Below, in pieces: positions 26,401 to 39,790 of a stretch of 64,000 nucleotides of DNA (within the stretch, counting starts at the first letter, position 1; every line of letters begins with the position of its first letter). The notes below the pieces were generated by a model. It was not told where the DNA came from. It worked only from the letters and a program-made list of their open reading frames with translations, and ran no database searches. The stretch is from Antedon mediterranea (Eukaryota > Animalia > Echinodermata). The translations under genes and the position numbers were made by a program. The DNA lies in contig NC_092677.1 of assembly GCF_964355755.1 (NCBI RefSeq), positions 2,936,101 through 3,000,100 of the forward strand. The letters are read 5' to 3'.

Positions 26401-28437
26401 CCCGCTAGTTACCACTTTAAACTCGCTAGTTACCACTTTAAACTCGCTCGTTACCACTTTTAACTCGCTAATTATCACTTTAAACTCGCTAGTTACCACT
26501 TTTAAATCGCTAGTTTCCACGTTTAACTCGCTTTTCACTTTTAACTCGCTAGTTACCACTTTTAACTCGCTAGTTACCACTTTTACCTCGCTAGTTACCA
26601 CTTTTACCTCGCTAGTTACCACTTTAAACTCGCTAGTTACCACGTTTAACTCGCTTTCCACTTTTAACTCGCTAGTTACCACTTTTAACTCGCTAGTTAC
26701 CACTTTAAACTCGCTAGTTACCACTTTTAACTCACTAGTTACCACTTTTAAACTCGCTAGTTACACTTTTAACTCACAACCACTTTTGTTAACCTAATAA
26801 TCCTTCTATGATTCCACTTTAAACTTAAGATTATACCCCATATGTGAATTTTGTCTAAATTTCAAATTTCATGTTATTACACAATAAATGACATGTGGAA
26901 TAAGTGGGGGGAGAATACTACTGAGTTGCGTTGCTTGTTACTTCCTTAAAGTCACGCACAAATCCATATCATTAGCACTACCCTTAGGGCTATTACAATT
27001 GGCCACTGCTAAGTATATCCAGCTCCTCGGATGATATTATATCGTACATGTCACAAAGCCAAATACATTCAAGGATTTGAAATTTATCAAGTATTATTTT
27101 CCAATTAATTGCCATTTTAAAGAGCAATACAAACCTATATTAAATTTGTTTGAGACATTGCATCCAGTACAATCCGATGTAAATGCGATTGGCTCAATTA
27201 GAAGTAATTGAAGAGGTCCTTGGTGTAAAATTCCCTTAAAAATGTCACCTTTGAAATTAGAATTAATTTAACCTCTACTGTCCCTTAGATAGTGTACATT
27301 CTTGAATTGTCCAATCCCCGTAAAACCAATGAAGATAATAATAATATGCAGAATATTACGATGAGGTAATAATGGCATACAGTATTATTATTTTTGTCTA
27401 GACTTTAATTTTGTCTTAATTACGTTGCTTGTTTTCCATAGAAAATGAAAGTTATTTAGAGATTACAACATAGGCGATAACATTGAATTATTTCACATTA
27501 GGAACAATTTTATGAGACTTCATTATTTAAATATTTTGAGGTTCAACTGTAATATAGTTTTACGATCAAGGTTTAAACGATTTATGTTTTCGGAAACGAA
27601 TTGCAACGCTTTGAATTTGTCTGTCGATAAGTCTTTTATAGCACATTGTTTCATCATATAATCATCAAATGTCCGTTGGCGCCATTTCACCCTTTTCGCC
27701 TTTGGGTAAAACAAAAATGAAGAAAAAAAAATTCTTCGTTTTTATGAGCTCAACAAAATTAAAGATATTTCATTTCAAGTGATTTGCGGCGAACCCTTTA
27801 AGGTACGGAAACGGTTGACGTTCATAAAATAAACAGTCGAGTTTCGATTTCAGAAAAAAGTTTTCCGAGACCATATTTCGTGCGGGTCAGTAAGATTGTG
27901 TTTTAGGCTATTTGTATATTTTGCTTTGAAAACCGCATGATCGCATTTTGTCTCAGTATTTAGAATTTACATTTTAAATTTGTTTATTTATGTAAAAAGC
28001 AGTAGATTGTCGTCAGTTAGCAAACAATCGATTCATTGATGATGTTTTTATTTGGCGGCTGTTCTCTTTAATAATATTTCAACACTTCATTTCGGATAAT
28101 GGTAGCGTTTAGGTTTTAAGAATGAAAGTTAAACAAGTTGAATCGTATCTGCTAAATGGCCTAATATACTAATCTGTAAATATTAACATTGACATTCATA
28201 ATATTTATCATTAATATTTAATATTACCTTCATAAATAACGGGTGATCCATGAGTCGTTTGTCGAAAAGAAAAAGGTAACTGAAGCAGGATATGATGAGG
28301 TAGAGGCTTATGGCTCCCAAGTTTGCAACTACAAGTAAAGTGACCCATTGTCGAAACCAATAGTCTTCTTTCCAGTCGTTTGGATAAACATAAGGCGTGA
28401 AGAAATAGTGATCGCAAACCTCTAATATAACGTCCAT
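23418..28437 (-). CDS. SC5D: Sterol C5-desaturase (lathosterol oxidase)-like, copy A, ~383 aa. Coding exons 28437-28228, 25146-25014, 24226-23418
   Basis: Translation MDVILEVCDHYFFTPYVYP...LFMK | NQIQDEILLSFWSLP...LEVRGHSKLYD | [62 protein letters not shown]. All three histidine boxes of the fatty-acid-hydroxylase/sterol-desaturase family are present. GT-AG introns, phases 0 and 1, total 1152 nt in frame. Confidence 0.93.
26400..26787. repeat. Degenerate 21-bp minisatellite (aactcgctagttaccactttt) x~18 in intron 1 of SC5D copy A
   Basis: Direct reading; explains the VVTSELK-repeat ORF. Confidence 0.92.
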
Positions 28438-29483
28438 TGCTTCGCGGTACCTACAAATAAATATAAATGATAACATTAATAGAATATGCAACTACTTTGG
28501 ATATTTATCACAGAAATGATTTAGTCCGCAATAATTTCCGATCTATTGTGGAATTGAACTTCACTTCACTTGGGACAGTTTCTAGATATTGGTCAGATTG
28601 GTTGGGCGCGGTTCTAGAAATGTCCAATAATGATGTAGCACCAAAGGTTATTGTCTTGTAGTTTCTATACTACACACATATACAAATGATACGATTTGAT
28701 ACAACTTTAGTTAAATTATCTTCTTCATAAATAAAATCAAAATTGAAGTTTAACATTGGAAAGAAAACAGCAATTCAACAATAAAAAAAAAAAGAAGACA
28801 CACAAATAGGGAACAAGAAGAAAAAAAAGTTAAACCAAATAACTTTTACCAAATAGAAACACCTCATATTTTTGTTTTGCTTACAGTTTCCAAAGAAAGT
28901 TATACGATTTACTAAATTGAGTTTAGCAACCTTGCGTTTGGTTAAAGTTAGATGATATTGTCTTATAAATAAATTATTTTATTTTGTAGGCCACAAGAAA
29001 TATTGTTATACGGTTCTCTGGCCACCTTTACCAAGACCTCTCATTGAAACAATGTATCCAGGGAAAACATAAATGCATTTTAAATTTAAGGTAAGTCTAT
29101 ATTTATCTCAACTTTATATCACAAAGTACATAACCCTGAAACAATATGTGTCATGTTAAATAGTGCAATTTCTACTTAAATCTCTATGTAGATTTTTTAC
29201 AAGCAAACTAATGGTTTATGAAATAATACGAGCGTAAAGTTTAACAACATTTAGCGAATATTTCTCAAAATGCCTTCTGGTAATAACTAAGATATTGCTT
29301 GTGTATGGGTATATCACGATGTTATTTTATTTAGTCAGTCGGTCTGTCTGTTGGTCGAAATTCAAGTCTGATTCGTTAGCAGTTTATTATGTAGGCCAAA
29401 AAACATTTGCTTTATATAATGCGTTTAATCATAGGCCTACTAGTTATTTTATCTACGTATCTTTTACATATTATACAACCTAA

Positions 29484-29659
29484 AGCTCTGTCTATACTAT
29501 CAAACTAGTTTGACAAAAAGACTGTGATGTGCCCAAATATGGTAGTGATATGCTTAAATATGGTAGTGATATTCTCAAATATGGTAGTGATACGACATCA
29601 TGTCCGTGGGAACATCACATTTTTTTTGTCACATAAAGTTTGATAGTGTGGACAGAGCT
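29484..29659. mobile_element. MITE family A copy, opposite orientation, with TAA target-site duplication
   Basis: taa|agctctgtctatactatcaaact ... agtttgatagtgtggacagagct|taa. A 3-bp TWA TSD is characteristic of PIF/Harbinger elements. Confidence 0.85.
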
Positions 29660-32600
29660 TAAGAAATACTAATATGAATACATTCATTTATATACGTGAA
29701 TTAATGTTCAATATTATTATTCATCTTCTACCGTGTCGAATTATTCACTAGAAAAATATTGTCTCAAAAAATGTCCAAAAGTCTGTATTTTGAGTTTTCC
29801 GGATACGAGTTACTTTTTAAGTGAAAGTGTTGAAACGTCTTGGTGACATCATTTATCAAATATATAACCAACGATGATATAGTAGGTCTTTGTTGGCTAT
29901 TTAAAGATTAACGACGGCTTTTCAATAATACGTTTAGACTATTTTTGGATCTTGCTGATGTCATGTGCAATGCATCCATTTGGGAAAATATACCTGCTGA
30001 CACAATATTTATATTCTATAGGCCTACAAGTTTTGTTTTTGATGCATCAAACCGAACCAGATATTTGGAAACTTCCTAAGTGAAGTTTCACCACTATATT
30101 TTCAGTTAATAAGTTATCATTATAGAAATAACAAATATAATTATTTATCTGGAAAAGAAACATAGATTGTTGTGCAATGCATTCATTATAGGAAAATGTA
30201 GCCTAACTGCAGACAAAATACTATGTTTTATTCAAGTTTTGTTCCGCTGACCGATGTATCAAACCAAAGCTGATATTTGGAAACTTCCTAGTGAAGTTTC
30301 ATCATTATATTTTTTCACCTAATAAGTTTTCAATGGAATGATTTGTCGGGGAAAGAAATACAGTTTCGTCATCATCGTCAGTTAACGCCTCTTGTATTTC
30401 GACATTTTCGTAATTGTTCGCCATTTCATGGTTTGTCTTTATAATTTTCAACTTTAATGATCCTAGAGATGTTGGTCTTCCTCAAATTTTAGGGGGAAAA
30501 AACATATTTTATATTCTTTAAATGTTTCGTGTAAGCACAATCCTTTGACAATTTTCAAAAAAGTGGTTTCATTGTACTGTAAATGTTTTCTGCGCTGACC
30601 TAATATGTTTTAATGTGTCGTTTTAGTCTTAATCTTTTCCAAGTAATAACTGTACAGTAATCAATTTTTCCAGTTTTGGTTTTACTTATTTTTCACGTTT
30701 TTCTTTTTCTCTGATCTATGAGTAGTTAATCTGGAAACAATTCGAGATTTCCTGCGAAATTGGCTTTAATATCCCAGATTAGCCAACAAATTTAGTCATT
30801 TTACGTCGGAACAAAAGAAACCGAAAAAATACAGATGAGCATTTATAATACATTGAATGCTGTAACAGGTGCAGAATGCTACATATAAGTTGAAGTTCGT
30901 GAGGGAAACGCAACTCGGGGCCTGTTTGCGGTAGAGAGGGCTAAATAAGGACAAATGACAAATTATTTTGGGTAGGTATTGTCCCTTGATAGAACCAAAA
31001 TAACAAACACAATCCTCCTACGTTACTTTTAAACTCGGTCAAATACTAGTATTTCAACAATTAAACTGAATGCAATGAATTAAAAATACGAGAAAAAAAA
31101 ATGTACCGTGTCGGTTTGGATTTTGCATCTCGTAGATCGTTTCACAATATTAATAAAATAGACTATTGGTGATTTGTTTTTAAATTTAAGACTAGTATCT
31201 TTTACCCGACTTATTCCAGTTAAATTGACATTGTTTAATATTTATCCTCAATTGCGGAAATACGGATTAGGCGAGATGAGGCGATGTAACAATTCAACAA
31301 AGCTCAGACTAATATATTTATCTTAGATACGATAGTATTACGTAATTAACTACATGTTTAGACTGGAATAAATAAATCGACACAGATAAAGTAAATGTTT
31401 ACTTAATTTCAATGAATGTCTTATTGCGGAAACAATTAAATGCGTTAAACACACTAACATTTAAAGGAAATGCAATTTCAAACTGTTTGTTTGTTTATTT
31501 ATAGATAAAAAGATAATAAATAAGTAAATTCACGCGTCTGTATGCGTAACTATAATAGGCGCGCGCGGAGGCATGTCCTCAATTACTTATTTATGGTTAT
31601 AAAGAGGGTATGATTTTAATAACAAACGTGCTTACTGATCGCCTGCAGTCTCTCGCCATAACTTTCTTCCGATTTTGTATTTATCCAACAATTTACGCCA
31701 AACCAGGTTCTGATATTTTGAATAATATTGTACACTCATTTTTTTACCCTTCGACCAAAGAGCAACGCGTTGGTAGGCACAATATGCCAATTGGTAGCAC
31801 TATACCCCGTAGATTGATGCACCTGGCACGGGTCTCATTAGGACAAAGAAAGGCAGGTAGCCCATGTTGAACAAAATGTCACACTCATACAGAGGAAAAC
31901 TTTATAATGATTGCATCCGACTCTGAGACCAAATATTTTGTTAACTGCTATTAATAGGGACACCAAATACACGTATTAACATTAAAAGCACACAAACACA
32001 TAATGTGGCCCTATGTTTTCAAGTACTTTGATTAAATTATTAAAATCGAGGCGCAGTTCGTGAAATCGACTGTACACGTTTAGTTACGTTGTTAAACGGT
32101 GTTGGCGAAACCTTTGTTCGAGATTGAATGTTTGAGAAACAAATTGAGACTCTTGATTTAGTTTAACAGTTTATTACATCTATTACAATAAATGTTTCTT
32201 AACGCATGAATAAAATTGCGACAATTTTAAGGATTTATTCGTACATCGGTAGGATAATACCTGGGAGGTAGGCTGATGCTAAATTTGGTCTAGGATCAAC
32301 ATAATACGTTGTTACAGTCGGATTCAGTATCACCAAGGGGATTTAGTAAATATTGTAGTAAATGTTGGCAGTTCTAAAATCGACAACGGAAAAAGATTAT
32401 CTGACGCGCGCGTACAAATAATTTTGAATATCAACTTTAGCACGCGCGCGGAATATTTGATTAGATATCTGTCGCGCGTACAAAGAAACTAACACACGGT
32501 CATCTTTTGTACGCGGCGCGTATGAAACTTAATTAGATGTCGCGAGCTTACAAAGAATGTTACAAATATCATCTTTTGTACGCGTACGAAATATTGTTGA

Positions 32601-35600
32601 TTGGATTTTACCACCATTGTGTTAGTGTTTACAGTTAAATCTAATGAAGTGAGTGAAAAAGGGAAAGTACCTTCTCATTGTAGGTATTTTTTTCATAATT
32701 GTACCGTACCGGTTATACAAAATATTAATGGTTTGAGATTGTTTAGACCAGAGCAAACCATATACTGGCCTGTGTAACAGATATTGGATTATAATATTAG
32801 TTATAATTATTATTAGTCGTAGGCCTATATTTCATTGAGGTTCAAGATCACGCAATTGAATTGTTTCAGGTTGTACTTTTATGATTGATGATGTGCTTCG
32901 TTGGCAAGCAAAATGAGGTCGGTATAATAAAGTCACATGAGTGGTTCGCGCTATGGTTTAAAAAAATAAACACAATTAATATAGGAGAGACGAAAAGTGG
33001 AGAATTTTACGTGGATTATACTGGAGTATATGCGTGTTCGCCCGCGTGAAATCGATTGCGTTGATGATGAGCAGGGCATGCGAGCGCGGGGATTCCCACC
33101 ACTATGTTGTCATGGGTCATATTATAGACAACTACAACGTTGGAGGAAAGAATTTATGAAAACACACCACTAATCGACCGTATCTTTCCTAACTAAATCT
33201 AGCATACATTTTTATCTCGGGCACATTAAATGTTTCACCAACAATCGCACGTACGTCACATAAGGATCGAAACCTAAATTGAGTAGTGCCCACGCGGCCC
33301 GCGTCGTCCCGCAGGAAGTCAAACACACCGTATACATGTAAGATCAGTTCCAAATAATCGTCCGTGAAATTACGCAGTTGTCAAACGCACAGTAAACTAC
33401 AGCAGGTGTTTTCCATCTATCATTTGCTGCTGTATACTGTGTTGTTATTTCGTAACTATTGATAATGTGTATGCTGCGAATGTCATATGTTGTGCAATTA
33501 GTTCTCGTGTCCTTTATCAATCAAAGCTATTACGTCATAGAAACTAGATTAACGCATTTGTTACGTAAACAAACGCGAAATATACGGAAGCATGTTTTTA
33601 TGTAACACATAACGAGATAATTGCGTACGTACTCCAAATTGCGTCACTGGCTACTTATCTAAATAAGATGATTTAAGAATAGTATTTTAACACTTAAAAC
33701 ACATTTACCATTAAGAAACTATTTAATATAAATATTTATGGATCCTAAAAATATAAATATAAATTTAAAAAATATTAAATAAAACTAACATACCGATTTA
33801 CCAATGTATGAGTATTCCAGTTAAAACGAGTTCCAATAATACCAATATGTAGGTAGTATTATAAGATAAGGTACAGTCCTTAGCCGTGAGACAAAAAAAA
33901 TCAAAATGCGACCTGTAGAGCACAAGAACACGATAATATCATCAACACTTACAGTGCCGAAAGTTTTTATACACACTTCTGTCAAGGTTACCACCGCAAA
34001 CAGGCACGATGCCAACCGCTCGTAATTCATCATACCGCCCTCACCGGCCATTATCACTTCTGGCAGATGATAAAAGTTCAGAACACTTATAGAACGTTGG
34101 TGGGTGGGTTTTAACAAATCTGTGTGAAAAAGCTTAACAGACTTTGTATTTTTTCCAAGATTATGTGATTTTATCAAATTTTTAGAAATCGAAAATAATC
34201 TTTTATATATGAATGATTTGCAGATTGCAATGTTTGCGGATATTTTTATCGCCTGCATACTCGGCGCGGTTTTCGTGGAATAGTTAGGCCCTAATTACGG
34301 CCTTCTGTCCGCCAGTTGACAAGGATAGTTAATCAAGGGCAACTTGTGTACAATTTCGTTATATCGTCTGCAAAGTGCAGGCGATATATCATGTTACACG
34401 TGTCAACTCTGATTCACCGTATTTATTTGGAAATTGGTGATTATATTTCATGTTAATGAGATAAGTATAAAGGCTGCACCTTGTTCAGTTAAGAAGTGTT
34501 CCGGTTGCTGGTTTTGGTGGTGATTTCAAACCCGTTCATTCGATCCAATAAGTGCTAATATTTATGAAATATGTGTTTAGGAATGTGCTACTGTACATTT
34601 CCAGGTTTCAGTCGATTTAGAATTTCCTAGCATTCTTTCTCTATTTATCGATTTTGTATGGATTTACGATACCAAATGAATCCATGTAGGCCTAGATATA
34701 ATAATATCCATAGATATGGGATTATTATAAACAAAAAGACAATAATATTCTAAAAAAGAATTAGTAGTCCGCATTATCTAAACATATTCATACTCGTTGC
34801 TATACACATTTTCTTGATGATTTTTGTTTTATCTTCATTTTTTCATACGACCCATATTTCTATGAATATTCATGAACCTATAATTAAAGAAATATCCCCA
34901 TACAAAATCGGTTTAACCTAGCTAATAATCTATAATAAGAAGTTAGAGCCAAGATAAAAACTCATAAGATTCAAAACATATCTAGGCTAGCACTTGAACA
35001 TGTCTATTATTAATAGAGTGATCCGTGGTAGCACTTTTGAAACCTACATACAGAGATACATAGAGCCGCGGGGGAATAGCAGTCGCTTCACCGACAAAAC
35101 GTGCTCTAAAAGAAGCTACCGAAGTTGTCTTTAGTGGAAAATGTGTGAACATAAACATCCCAGTTAGTGTGGCTTACATCGGTCTGTCGACACGCTCGAT
35201 ATTGTTTGGACGAATGTACTTTTCGTACTTGAGTTTTACATCTGGTGTCCAAAACTAAGGAGCCTTCTGGGAGTACTTACAATTACTTAACACTAGTTGT
35301 ATATCTCCCGTTAGCAGGTGAGATTAAATTAAAACCGACAGTTGTCCAACGAAAACCGATAATCGTTAAGTAATTCCCTGACATATTGAAGTCGGTAACG
35401 ACACACCAATATTGCAAGGTGTGAAAAACTGGAAAATTATGACACTGGGCGGGCTACTTTTGGGACTTTTGATAGAAGGTAATAGGTTAAAGAACTTTTT
35501 AAAATAATAAATCATTAAAATTGTACGCGCGCACAAATTCTGATGAAAATCATGTATATTTATACGCGCGCTTACAAAATGCTGATGAACATGTATTTTT

Positions 35601-37876
35601 ATACGCGCGCGTGAACTTTTGGCATCGTTTGTTGTGTACTATTTTTGATATCAGGATCTGTCATTGAGCTTCCCTCCGGTACAACCCTTCTTTTTTTAGA
35701 ACTGTCATCTTTAAGTTTTCTCTCTAGTGCCCCGAAATAAGATCAAGTTAAGTACCGGGCTGTAGTCTAGACGACTGGGGTTTCGATCAGCATATAAACA
35801 TCTCGAAAATGCAATAATATTATGTTTAGCATGATGTTTCATCGCCAGTGATGATCTTTTGGCGTTCCATAAGTCATATCGACATCTCCGTCAAGCCATC
35901 TCGTATCTTTCAAAGTTTCGGTATACTAGACTGCATGTTGTTACCTAGACAACAGTCATTTAAACCTCCGACAAACGTAAAGAATGTACGTTCTCATCTG
36001 ATCTGGAGCCGAATATCTCACCGGGAGATAAAGACTTCACGGAAACGAACATGAGTAATAAGTCTGAATTACAAATAAACATTTTTTATTGATAAAAAAA
36101 CAGAACATAAATTCATTTAAATGTCAATCAGAATGACGTCAGCGCTGACATTTTGCAGAACATAAAGTACTGGTGTTCAGAGACTAATTATTAAACACAC
36201 TGTCAAAAAAAGCGATAAAAACTATTATAATCAGTGGATGAAATTATTACTAATGGAAAAAGTACATCATTTGTAACTTAGGCCTACGTGTTATTGCAAA
36301 CAGTGACGTCTAGGCTACCGGTGTTTATTATAGACCTATACTTACATCTTTCCGGTACACCGGTAAATGCTCGATAAATCTTTTAACAATATTTGTGTTT
36401 CATTTTTTTGACAACACATGTAGTTGACTCTCTCCAAAACCGGAAACTCTCCCAAAATCAAACTTTTCTTGAGATCCAAAAGGCTCCAATTTTCCCACAT
36501 TTGGTATACCAGGTTTTGTGGAAAACTAGAATGTTGGGCCAGTCAAAATGTTTCCTGTATCTGGAGAGTAGATTTTAAGTGTTATGGTGGTAAATAAATT
36601 TCGAGAAACATATACTTTAAAGAACCCATCGTACAATACCTTAGTTTGTTTGGCTTTAACTGTTTTGACTTGTGGTATATTTTAAGCAAATGATGTAACT
36701 TTTCATTGAACAACATGATGAATTGTGGTTGTATTAATGTTTGCTGAATGTATACTGTACACCAATGTTGGTGGATTTGTTTATTTATAAACATAATGAT
36801 AATATATAAAAACAATTTGATATCACTAATTGATTACGGTCATGTATGATTTTCATTAATTCTTTTTAATTTTTTTTAAATAATTATAATTGTCATCTCC
36901 TAAAGATTAATTGGAGCATTTGTGAACAAGTTTTGAAACTTCAATTTACGGGTTATCCTGACTTTAATTATCTGGTTTTGCGCTGCATGTTTGTTCTCTA
37001 AAAGTCTATTAAAAATCAAATGCCAGGTCGATGGTGGTAACTCTTAAACGACATCACTATAGCTACATTTTAAGTTTTTCACTCCTGAACATTAAAAATG
37101 TCATTTTTAACTTAAAATATAGACATACCACAATCATGTAATGTGGTTAGGTTTCGTTGATTTTGTTAATTTTCTTACGACCGCATTCATCTTGGAAATT
37201 CACTGGAATTTATAACCAAACGGAAATATTTGTCGAATAAAGTAATTGTTTATATTTACAAACAATTAATGATTTTAGTACGATAAACCACCAGTTGACA
37301 AACTACATTTTGACGCCGGGCTGTTTTAACGATCGGAAGTCAAGTTTGGAATTTTTTTTTTGTAAATATGTGGAAAATAAATGTTAGGTGTGCCGTATGA
37401 CATCCGACATAGCGGTTTTTGAGTATACCACGGGATCCTGTTGATTACTAAACATGTCACATAGGTTAATTTATGACATAACAACTACTGGTGGAAGAAG
37501 TAGGTCGAGGAAATTGGTTCGAATCTCTCGAAACCAACTAGAATCGCTTATCTAATATGGAAATGCAATTATGTGTGAGAACATTGAAATGTCATTATTT
37601 GTTCGTAACCATAAAAAAAAGTAAATCCCGAAATATCACCCTCTAGGGTGCCATGGGGAATAGTTCCGTAACTGATACATGAAGTCAAGGCTTGAGACCT
37701 ACCCATGTTCAGGGTCGCCAATAACCAATCCCAGCTTTTAAAGAAACCTTGGTTTTCTTATGGAAATTCGTTTAACTGAAATATTCTATTTATAAAGTCC
37801 TATTTTATATGTTTACTATTGCATGTAAATACTATTACCGCCGTTACTCCTCCATGAAATGAAACTTACAGATACC

Positions 37877-38111
37877 TAACATTTCGGTCCAGCACTAGAT
37901 GTACACGGATACCCACAACATTTCGGGCAAGCCTTAGATGTACGCGGATACCCAACATTTCGGGCCAGCACTGGATGTACGCGAATATCTACCGTAACAT
38001 TTCGGGCCATCACTAGATGTACCCAGAAATCCAACATTTCAGGGCCAGCACTGAATGTACGCGGATACCCAACATTTCGGACCAGCGTTAGTACGCGGAA
38101 ACCCAACATTT
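37877..38111. repeat. Degenerate ~37-bp tandem repeat x~6
   Basis: Unit approximately aacatttcgggccagcactagatgtacgcggataccc. Confidence 0.85.
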
Positions 38112-39611
38112 TGTATCATTTAAACTAAGTTGTAAACGTGCATGTTAAACAAGCAATAAATAAACATGAACTAACATGTCATCACTTACAATACAAAACT
38201 TGCTTAAACTAATGTTGAACTTAGATGTTGTTAAAGACGGACTTTCGTAACAAGGTTTAGAATGCATAGTATATTCATTTAGTTGTAGTTTCTGTATTTT
38301 GTATTACAGTACAATGGTTCCTTTGATTAAGGTCCATAAATGTGATATCATATGAGGTAATGTATCCCAATAAGTGCTTTATATTTCAACATGAAGACCA
38401 CGAGCACAAAGAAATCAGTGTAGTGTAATGTCATTATTAATACGGCAAGAATGAGGTACAGGATTCGTAATAATTCTATCAACCAAAGCTAATAATTTAT
38501 CAAGATGAGAAATATCTCGTCGTTATAGTTGGGATGTCTTCTCAGCTCTGTGCAGGAAGTTATGGCCTCTTTACACCTCCACGCTTAGACTTGCCCCCAA
38601 GTCTATAGTTAATTTCGAATCTTACTTTTCGATGTTTGTCTGAACAAGCTAGTATACGTATGAAACGCCATATGTGCCAAAATCTTTTACTAATATTAAG
38701 GCAAAAACTCCGTCTGAAACCCAGACTACTCCATGCTCCGTGGTGTCAATTTCTCATGAAATACAATCTCAAAAGATCGGTCTTCGATTAAAGAATTGTC
38801 ATTCTATTTCAATTAGTCAATTATTGATCAAATAACATGTTGTTTGGGACGAGAATTCGGTGGACAGTCGAATGACAAGTTACAAGATGTGACGTGGCGC
38901 TGAATGTATGTCAGATCTGTATCTATACGCGAAATCAAAACTAGTTTATACATTTAAAACGTTCAGGCCTAATTGAATCATTCGATTCCCACGGTGTTCT
39001 TTTTCTCAATACCTTCATCCAGTATACGCCATTCAAATAAACATAATTAAAGTTGTTATTCCCCAGACAAGATCAAAATTGAGAACATGAAAAAAGTTTT
39101 TGATTATTACCGCGAGGTACTTTGTTGTTGCACTGTACCTACCACGCTAGCGTCTTCGGGTTTCTGTAAAGCAACGCGCTGATATCCAGGTGCCGCACGT
39201 AGAACTCGGCGATTTTAGCATTCCAAGTCAAGGCCTAGGCCCCCTGTAAATGAGGAATTTTTTACAGCCGACAAGAGAATTGTACTATTGAAAGAAAGTG
39301 TTTCAAACTATTGTCGTAACTGTCTATATTTATTTGTCACCGTTTGGTATTGTTTTGTTTGTAGTTTGACAAACTCAAAGTTCTCACGAATTTCTAAATA
39401 ATCGCACTTTGAATTCAAAATAAAATAATTTATTCAGTATGTTCGATTTTCCGAGATGTGGATGTCATAGTCTTGACATGATATAAAGTTTTGTTCCTAC
39501 TAGCAACGCAACGTTGTACGCACGAAAGTTGACCAATAACAAGCGACAGTTCGAATTATAGATCGCTTGTGATTGGTCAAATCACTTACGTTGCGTTTAC
39601 GTCCTTGCTTA

Positions 39612-39790
39612 AGCGTGGTTCCCACTAGAACGTAACGCAAGGACGTAAACGCAACGCAAGCGTTTTAACCAATGACAAGCGAAGTTAGAGACAGTTAGCT
39701 ATCACAAGCGAATAAGCCATCGCTTGTGATTGGTCAATTCACTTGCGTTGCGTTACGTCCTTGTGTTGCGTCGCTAGTGGGAACCACGCT
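39612..39790. mobile_element. MITE family B (near-palindromic, PIF/Harbinger-like), complete copy with TTA TSD
   Basis: tta|agcgtggttcccactag...ctagtgggaaccacgct|tta, with internal inverted tgaccaat(g/c)acaagcga / tcgcttgtgattggtca. An older truncated copy abuts it at ~39490-39608. Confidence 0.88.

Noticed and set aside
26251-26745. 164-aa VVTSELK-repeat ORF as a coiled-coil protein or extra SC5D exon
   Set aside because: It is an intronic 21-bp minisatellite, and SC5D splices correctly without it.
24227-28227. SC5D copy A seemed to lack its middle exon (possible pseudogene), since none appears in the ORF track
   Set aside because: The 133-nt exon was found manually at 25146-25014 (NQIQDEI...GHSKLYDDTTSFKY) with correct splice sites and phase.
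30040-30360. Degenerate ~210-bp tandem duplication; also small duplicates at ~109-260 and 55317/57204
   Set aside because: Real but ordinary old local duplications or repeat fragments with no further structure.
33821-34258. 145-aa ORF, or an upstream coding exon of SC5D copy A
   Set aside because: No recognisable homology. Copy A already starts at a Met equivalent to copy B's, and I found no well-supported splice joining it in frame to the 28450 acceptor.
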